DNA of 64,000 nucleotides from Gammaproteobacteria bacterium (GTDB lineage Bacteria; Pseudomonadota; Gammaproteobacteria; Francisellales; CACEW01): NCBI GenBank assembly GCA_020050355.1, contig JAGVKT010000036.1, positions 130,669 to 194,668 of the forward strand, read 5' to 3'. Shown piece by piece: positions 58,194 to 64,000 of this stretch (position 1 is its first letter; each line of letters starts with the position of its first letter). The notes under the pieces were generated by a model. It saw only the letters and a program-made list of their open reading frames with translations, ran no database searches and was not told where the DNA came from. The position numbers and the translations under genes were made by a program.

Positions 58194-58697
58194 TTAACTC
58201 TTTATTAATGTTGATGGTGGTAAAATGATGGTTGCCGCGCCTGTATTGCTTTTAGTTTCAGGGCTGGCAACAATTTGATTAGCGATATTATACGTGATTA
58301 AATTACCTTTAAATATATTGCCATGCTCTTCTAACATTGCTTCTTCTTCATATTGAATAAAATCCTTTAGTGGAAAATATTCAATGGTCAATGCTTGTCC
58401 ATAAACTCTATTGCCTTGTGAATCTAAAATTTCAGTGGTTTTTGCTGGAGTTCCAGTAGCCTTAATTTGATTAACTTGCCCTTGCTCATTAAAATAAACA
58501 TAGCCTACATCGCTATGTAATTCCCGAGTGCCTTGGATTGCGGCTACGCGCCCTTGAAAAATCGCAACGTGCTGTGTTAAATCTCCTTGTAAGCTATCAC
58601 TGGTAATGACGATTGGTTTGCTATTATCACTAATCACAGCGTAAGTTACCATTGTATTTATAAACAAAGCCAGAAAAATTCCTTTACGGATGTGCAT
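58194..58697 (-). CDS. lptA: LPS transport periplasmic protein LptA
   Basis: 167 aa with a signal peptide and an OstA-like beta-jellyroll. It sits between lptC and lptB. Confidence 0.85.
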   Translation of the reverse strand: MHIRKGIFLALFINTMVTYAVISDNSKPIVITSDSLQGDLTQHVAIFQGRVAAIQGTRELHSDVGYVYFNEQGQVNQIKATGTPAKTTEILDSQGNRVYGQALTIEYFPLKDFIQYEEEAMLEEHGNIFKGNLITYNIANQIVASPETKSNTGAATIILPPSTLIKS

Positions 58698-59253
58698 AGT
58701 AAATTCCTTTAACCTGGCTTAATAATCGGTAAGTTTTATTGGCGAAATCACCCTCAAACCCTTTTCCTGTTAAGCTATTGAGAGATCCTTGTTGGGTAAT
58801 GGTTAGCCAGTCGTCGCCATTAATTTTTTGTGTTTTTGGAAAAATATTTGCTGAGGAGGTGTTAAAAGAAATCTGAGGATTGCCAGGTGTAGTCGTTCGA
58901 ATCAGCTTTACATGTCCTGTTAAAATAATTTCTTCGTTATTTTCTGCAACCACGCCTTGATCTGCAGATAATAACCAAGGCGTTCTTTTTGAATCATAGC
59001 TTGTTCCCTGAAGATCATAAAAATATACTTTGTTAGCGCCTATTTGCGTAGCCTTGGTTACTGTAGCTTGATAAGAAATTAAACCTTGATCATTTGTTTG
59101 TACAACACTACCCTGTTCTAAGTTCCCGGTTTGCTCAAAGGTAGCAATGTGTGTAGGAATAATAGTGCTTAGCTTTACAGAATACCAACTGGTGAGAATT
59201 ACTAAAGTGGCTAAAAAAATCAAGATCCCAAGCACAGAGCGGTTAAGTATCAT
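58684..59253 (-). CDS. lptC: LPS export system protein LptC
   Basis: 189 aa with a single N-terminal TM anchor. The call rests mainly on its position between kdsC and lptA. Confidence 0.75.
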   Translation of the reverse strand: MILNRSVLGILIFLATLVILTSWYSVKLSTIIPTHIATFEQTGNLEQGSVVQTNDQGLISYQATVTKATQIGANKVYFYDLQGTSYDSKRTPWLLSADQGVVAENNEEIILTGHVKLIRTTTPGNPQISFNTSSANIFPKTQKINGDDWLTITQQGSLNSLTGKGFEGDFANKTYRLLSQVKGIYYAHP

Positions 59254-59819
59254 TAAGGTTGATTCCTGTAAATATTCCCCTCAGTTTTTAAACGTTGATA
59301 AATAGATTCTAAATGGTTTTGCGCTTGTAAAATTAAGTCGATTAATTCTCTTACTGCGCCCTCACCCCCTTTGTATTGTGACTGCCAATGAATATAAGAA
59401 AGGATTCCTGGATGTGGGTTTGCGGGTGCTGTAGCAAGGGCTACATGTTGTAAAATTGGAATATCAATAATGTCATCGCCCATAAAAGCTACTTCATGAA
59501 GATTTATCTTAAGCTCATCTAGCAAAGTTTCTAATATTAATTTTTTATTGGTTACGCCTTGATACAAATATTTGATGCCTAAATCTTGACATCGAGCTTC
59601 TACTAAGCGAGCATCACGACCAGAGATGAGAGCTACTTCAATGCCTACTTCCATGAGTAAGCGTAGTCCTAAGCCATCCCCTACAAAAAAAGCGCGTAAA
59701 ACTTCCCCTTCTCCCGCATAATATAGTTTGCCGTCGGTTAAAACACCGTCAACATCTAGAACTAATAATTTGATAGACTTTAGTTTATGTAGAAGTTTTT
59801 TAGAAATTTTTTTTCTCAT
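59253..59819 (-). CDS. kdsC: Kdo-8-phosphate phosphatase
   Basis: 188 aa. HAD motif LLVLDVDGVLTDG, and FMGDDIIDIP. Confidence 0.9.
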   Translation of the reverse strand: MRKKISKKLLHKLKSIKLLVLDVDGVLTDGKLYYAGEGEVLRAFFVGDGLGLRLLMEVGIEVALISGRDARLVEARCQDLGIKYLYQGVTNKKLILETLLDELKINLHEVAFMGDDIIDIPILQHVALATAPANPHPGILSYIHWQSQYKGGEGAVRELIDLILQAQNHLESIYQRLKTEGNIYRNQP

Positions 59820-60044
59820 AGTATTTTCAGTTTAAGTATTAGGAAAATTTGCAAAATTCCTGCACCTTGAATAAGAAAGGTATATTATAACCAACTACAG
59901 ATTAAAATGGGAAGATTTTTGTGGGGCTTTCTTTAGCAGAAAAAAAATCACAGTAAAAAATTCGCCTTTTACTGCTTTGGGCATAAGTTGTGCCTATTAC
60001 AAAATTCCTTCATAATAACGCCTCTCATTTAAAAAGAATTGTTT

Positions 60045-61226
60045 ATGGCTATAATTCGCATGGTAGATCTTGATTTGCACGATAAGCGTGTTCTCATCCG
60101 GGAAGATTTTAATGTGCCTCTTAAGCAGGGTAAAATCACCAGTGCTACGCGTATTCAAGCAGCGTTGCCGACCATTCAACTGGCGCTTAAGCAGAATGCG
60201 AGCGTTATCTTATTATCTCATTTAGGTCGACCTGAAGAGGGACAATGGACCCAGGCTGATTCATTAGCACCGGTAGCAGAAGCACTTAGTAAACTTTTAA
60301 ATAAAAAAGTGCCTTTGATTAAAGATTGGACTAAAGGCGTAAATATAAAACCTGGCGAAGTTGTATTATGTGAGAATGTGCGCTTTGAAATAGGTGAAAA
60401 TAAAAATTCTGATGAATTAGCGAAAAAAATAGCAGCGTTGGCTGATATCTTTGTAATGGATGCTTTTGCTACTAGTCATCGAGCCCAAGCTTCTACTTGT
60501 GGTGTTGGCAAATATGCTAAAATTGCTTGTGCTGGCCCATTGCTTACAGGAGAGCTAGATGCGTTAGGACAAGCGCTTGCTTTGCCTGAACGGCCTATGG
60601 TTAGTATTGTAGGTGGCTCAAAAGTATCAACTAAACTCACGATTTTAGAAGCGCTAAGCGCTAAGATTGATGCGCTTATTGTGGGTGGCGGTATTGCCAA
60701 TACTTTTTTAGCAGCAGTTGGCTTTAACATTGGAAAGTCTTTGTATGAGCCTGATCTTATCGAAAGTGCCCGACAATTATTAAAAAAATTAGAACATGAA
60801 GGTAAGCAATGCCCCTTGCCTATTGATGTTGTGGTCGCGCAAACTTTTAGTGAGCAAGCCCAGGGTGTTATCAAAAACGTTGATGCTTTAACAGCCGATG
60901 ATATGATTTTAGATATTGGTCCAAAATCTATTAAGCAATTAGAAGAAATTATACTTCGTAGTAAAACAATTGTATGGAATGGACCTGTGGGCGTATTTGA
61001 ATTTCCGCATTTTCGAACTGGAACGCAAGCGCTTGCGCAAACTATTGCGCAAAGTGGCGCTTATTCTCTTGCAGGGGGTGGTGATACTATTGCAGCAATC
61101 GAAATGTTTGGCGTACAAGAACAAATTTCTTATATTTCTACTGCGGGAGGTGCCTTTTTAGAATTCTTAGAAGGTAAAACACTACCCGCAATCGCTATTT
61201 TAGAACAACGAGGATCAACGAAATGA
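60045..61226 (+). CDS. pgk: Phosphoglycerate kinase
   Basis: [31 protein letters not shown] and [14 protein letters not shown]. The ATG at 60045 is preferred over the upstream TTG. Confidence 0.95.
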   Translation: MAIIRMVDLDLHDKRVLIREDFNVPLKQGKITSATRIQAALPTIQLALKQNASVILLSHLGRPEEGQWTQADSLAPVAEALSKLLNKKVPLIKDWTKGVNIKPGEVVLCENVRFEIGENKNSDELAKKIAALADIFVMDAFATSHRAQASTCGVGKYAKIACAGPLLTGELDALGQALALPERPMVSIVGGSKVSTKLTILEALSAKIDALIVGGGIANTFLAAVGFNIGKSLYEPDLIESARQLLKKLEHEGKQCPLPIDVVVAQTFSEQAQGVIKNVDALTADDMILDIGPKSIKQLEEIILRSKTIVWNGPVGVFEFPHFRTGTQALAQTIAQSGAYSLAGGGDTIAAIEMFGVQEQISYISTAGGAFLEFLEGKTLPAIAILEQRGSTK

Positions 61227-62647
61227 GAAGAACAAAAATTCTAGCAACCCTAGGCCCTGCCTCTGCAGATAAGGAAACCTTGCGTGCTATGGTAAAGGCA
61301 GGGCTTAATGCAGTGCGCTGTAATTTTTCGCATGGCAGTCATGATGATCATGGCAAACGTATTGAACTGATTCGTGAGGTCGCGCAAGAAGAAGGAAAAA
61401 CCATAGGGATTTTAGCTGATTTACAAGGTCCGAAAATTCGTGTTGCCCGTTTTAAAAATAAAAGTATTACGTTAGCCAAAGGTGCTACGTTTATTTTAAA
61501 TGCTGATCTTGATAAGGATGCTGGTGATGAGGTTCAAGTGGGCCTTGATTATAAAAATTTACCTCATGATGTGAAAAAAGGCGATACTTTGTTGTTAGAT
61601 GATGGCAAGTTAATCTTTGAAGTCATTCAAGTAAAAGGCAATACGGTTCATTGCAAGGTCATTGAAGGAGGTGTGCTTTCTAATAATAAAGGCATTAATA
61701 AAATGGGGGGTGGTTTAACAGCTCCAGCGCTTACAGATAAAGATAAAAGCGATATTGAGTTTATTGGTACCCTGCCCCATATTGATTATGTAGCAATCTC
61801 TTTTCCAAGAAGTGCTGAGGATTTGCTTGAAGCAAAAGCCTTATTACAAAAGGCCAAAAGTAAAGCTGCCTTGATTGCTAAGATTGAGCGTACTGAAGCA
61901 GTAGAAAATATTATTGAAATTATAGAAGCCTGTGATGGCATTATGGTTGCGCGTGGTGATTTAGCGGTGGAAATTGGCGAAGAATTTGTTCCTGGAGTAC
62001 AAAAAAAATTAATTCAGCATGCACGTACTCTTGATAAAATTGTGATCACTGCTACACAAATGATGGAATCAATGATAGAAAATTCAAGCCCTACAAGGGC
62101 TGAGGTTTCGGATGTTGCTAATGCGGTGCTTGATGGTACTGATGCGGTCATGCTTTCTGCAGAAACTGCGGCAGGTAAACATCCTGTAAAAGTTATTGAG
62201 AAAATGGATAAAATTTGTCGCGCAGCAGAATTGCATCCGCTTACACGCATTTCTAAACACCGAGTTGAATGTTACTTTAATCGCGTAGATGAAGCCATTG
62301 CTATGGCCGCCATGTATGCAGCAAATCACCTAGATGTTAAGGCAATTTTAGCAATGACAGAATCAGGTGCTACTCCTTTATGGATGTCAAGAATTAGCTC
62401 TCCTCTGCCTATTTATGCCTTAACTCCAAATCACAGCACGATGGGTAAATTAGCTTTATGCCGTGGTGTTGAGCCTATCTATTTTAATCCTAAACAGCAT
62501 GCGGTTGATCAAATTAACAAAAAAGCGATAGCAGAATTACTTCATCTTAAAGCCGTAGCTAAAAATGATTTGGTATTACTCACTTTTGGAGATCACGTGG
62601 GGCTTCATGGCGGTACCAATCAATTAAAAATTGTATGCGTTGAATAA
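61223..62647 (+). CDS. pyk: Pyruvate kinase
   Basis: 474 aa. Contains [27 protein letters not shown] and [12 protein letters not shown]. Confidence 0.95.
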   Translation: MRRTKILATLGPASADKETLRAMVKAGLNAVRCNFSHGSHDDHGKRIELIREVAQEEGKTIGILADLQGPKIRVARFKNKSITLAKGATFILNADLDKDAGDEVQVGLDYKNLPHDVKKGDTLLLDDGKLIFEVIQVKGNTVHCKVIEGGVLSNNKGINKMGGGLTAPALTDKDKSDIEFIGTLPHIDYVAISFPRSAEDLLEAKALLQKAKSKAALIAKIERTEAVENIIEIIEACDGIMVARGDLAVEIGEEFVPGVQKKLIQHARTLDKIVITATQMMESMIENSSPTRAEVSDVANAVLDGTDAVMLSAETAAGKHPVKVIEKMDKICRAAELHPLTRISKHRVECYFNRVDEAIAMAAMYAANHLDVKAILAMTESGATPLWMSRISSPLPIYALTPNHSTMGKLALCRGVEPIYFNPKQHAVDQINKKAIAELLHLKAVAKNDLVLLTFGDHVGLHGGTNQLKIVCVE

Positions 62648-62681
62648 AAAGCGAAAGGATATTTTTTGAACTTTTTTAAAA

Positions 62682-63644
62682 TTAAAAATCAGCAAACATC
62701 ATGCTTAAGGATTCACCCGAGCTAATTCTGCGCACAGCTTCAGAAAGCATGTTCGCTAAAGTGACTTGTTTTATTTTAGGACACTGAAGCGCCTCTGGGG
62801 ATAATGGAATTGAATCTGTTACCACGAGCTCAGCCAAGGTAGAATTTTGAATATTTTGGATAGCGTTACCTGATAAAACAGGATGCGTTGAGTAAGCATA
62901 AACTTCACCTGCGCCATGTTCTATTAGGGCTTCTGCTGCCTTACATAATGTGCCGGCAGTATCGACCATATCATCAATGATTAAACAGGTGCGTTCTTTA
63001 ATATCGCCAATGATATGCATTACTTGAGCCTCATTTGCTTTTGGGCGGCGCTTATCAATGATGGCTAAATCACAATTTAAAATTTTTGCAAAAGCCCGTG
63101 CACGAACTACACCGCCAATATCTGGCGAGATAATGACGGGTTGGAAATTGAAATTTTGTTTACGCATATATTCTACTAAAACTGGAGTACCGAACACATT
63201 ATCGACAGGAATATTAAAGAATCCTTGAATTTGTTCTGCATGAATATCTACGGTTATAATTCGATCAACGCCCACAGTAGTTAGCATGTCAGCAACCATT
63301 CTTGCAGTGATAGGAACGCGTGCAGAACGTACCCGGCGATCTTGGCGCGCGTAGCCAAAATAAGGGACAATGGCGGTAATGCGTGCTGCGGATGAACGGC
63401 GTAACGCATCAGTCAAAGCCAAAATTTCCATAAGGTGATCATTAGCGGGCGGGCTGGTTGATTGTAGGATATATACATCTCGGCCCCGAACATTTTCATG
63501 AATTTCAATATGAGGCTCGCCATCAGAAAACTTTGAAACTAAGGCCTGTCCAAGATTTACCCCAAGTTGACTTGAAACAGCGTGAGCAAGCTCAGGATTA
63601 GCATTACCAGAGAATAACATAAACTTATTGGCATTACCGTGCAT
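62682..63644 (-). CDS. prs: Ribose-phosphate pyrophosphokinase
   Basis: Contains [10 protein letters not shown] and [11 protein letters not shown]. Start moved to ATG 63644 (RBS GGGAG). The track's N-terminal 32 codons read through the tRNA gene. Confidence 0.93.
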   Translation of the reverse strand: MHGNANKFMLFSGNANPELAHAVSSQLGVNLGQALVSKFSDGEPHIEIHENVRGRDVYILQSTSPPANDHLMEILALTDALRRSSAARITAIVPYFGYARQDRRVRSARVPITARMVADMLTTVGVDRIITVDIHAEQIQGFFNIPVDNVFGTPVLVEYMRKQNFNFQPVIISPDIGGVVRARAFAKILNCDLAIIDKRRPKANEAQVMHIIGDIKERTCLIIDDMVDTAGTLCKAAEALIEHGAGEVYAYSTHPVLSGNAIQNIQNSTLAELVVTDSIPLSPEALQCPKIKQVTLANMLSEAVRRISSGESLSMMFADF

Positions 63645-63664
63645 AAGCCGCTCCCTGATAAAAT

Positions 63665-63739
63665 TGGCTGGGCTGCTAGGATTCGAACCTAGGGATGGCG
63701 GGATCAAAACCCGCTGCCTTACCGCTTGGCTACAGCCCA
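63665..63739 (-). tRNA. tRNA-Gln (anticodon UUG), CCA encoded
   Basis: The minus strand reads TGGGCTGTAGCCAAGCGGTAAGGCAGCGGGTTTTGATCCCGCCATCCCTAGGTTCGAATCCTAGCAGCCCAGCCA. It has a 7 bp acceptor stem, an anticodon stem GCGGG/CCCGC with loop TTTTGAT, and a T-arm CTAGG-TTCGAAT-CCTAG. Confidence 0.92.
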
Positions 63740-64000
63740 ATATTTGAGTGCCTTATTGTGCCTCAATTTTTTCTAAACTTCAAGGCTTTTTCTATATTTG
63801 TGCTTAGTACACGACAAAACACATGGCAGCAGCTTGTACAGCTTGTGTGAGGCAATTCTTACTTAAAGTTCAAAGGCTATCAAGTTTCGCTCAGAGCTTT
63901 TACTTCTGCGCTTCCATAACCTTTACGACTTAGTCAAATTAGCTACCAGCGGAGTTTTGTTGTCCACTGTTGTCCACTCAGGTACTTTTACTTGATAATT

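Noticed and set aside
63645-63740. N-terminal 32 codons of the track's 352-aa prs ORF.
   Set aside because: This stretch ([24 protein letters not shown]) is a read-through of the tRNA-Gln gene. The real prs start is ATG 63644, which has a GGGAG RBS.
1-64000. CRISPR arrays, IS elements or transposases, integrases, rRNA genes, and prophage or defence-system gene clusters.
   Set aside because: I looked for regularly spaced direct repeats, terminal inverted repeats, DDE or tyrosine-recombinase-like translations, and clustered nuclease/helicase/methylase ORFs. None was seen.

Overview
This is an AT-rich chromosomal segment from a gammaproteobacterium. Gene content and order resemble Legionellales/Coxiellaceae, but that placement is inference only. 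Most of the window is housekeeping: tag, pdxY, sucCD, xthA, nadB, prmC, map, lptFG, tolC, murF, comF, ychF, a full bioA/bioBFHCD cluster, a yheS-like ABC-F ATPase, folD, queA, a terC-ribB-ribD-ribE operon, a sugar porter, pyrD, sdhE-ygfX, kdsC-lptCAB, pgk-pyk, prs and tRNA-Gln.

Several things are not explained by the supplied ORF track:
- **TpsA/FhaB-like gene (1-4453, minus).** A gene of more than 1480 codons runs off the left edge. The track shows only its antisense shadow ORFs.
- **Candidate dif site (51771-51798).** It sits inside an ~800 bp non-coding gap and matches the E. coli XerD arm 11/11. A XerC-arm half-site copy lies 101 bp away. This suggests the window spans the replication terminus.
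- **Small secreted peptide gene (48310-48438).** It encodes 42 aa and has its own promoter, RBS, signal peptide and hairpin. It lies just upstream of a 1065-aa orphan multi-pass membrane protein.
- **KdpF-like micro-ORF (43436-43525).** This 29-codon ORF lies in front of an MFS sugar porter, with no kdpABC nearby.
- **ParA/ParB cassette.** A small plasmid-type pair sits where rpoN normally follows lptB.
- **Accessory islet (25.1-27.8 kb).** It holds a SWIB protein, an MFS gene remnant, a LuxR solo and a 415-aa orphan with a weak CAE...CxxC deaminase-like motif.
- **ATP-grasp ligase plus permease pair.**

I saw no CRISPR array, IS element, transposase, integrase or rRNA. All functional calls come from reading the translations and recalling family motifs; nothing was searched against a database.
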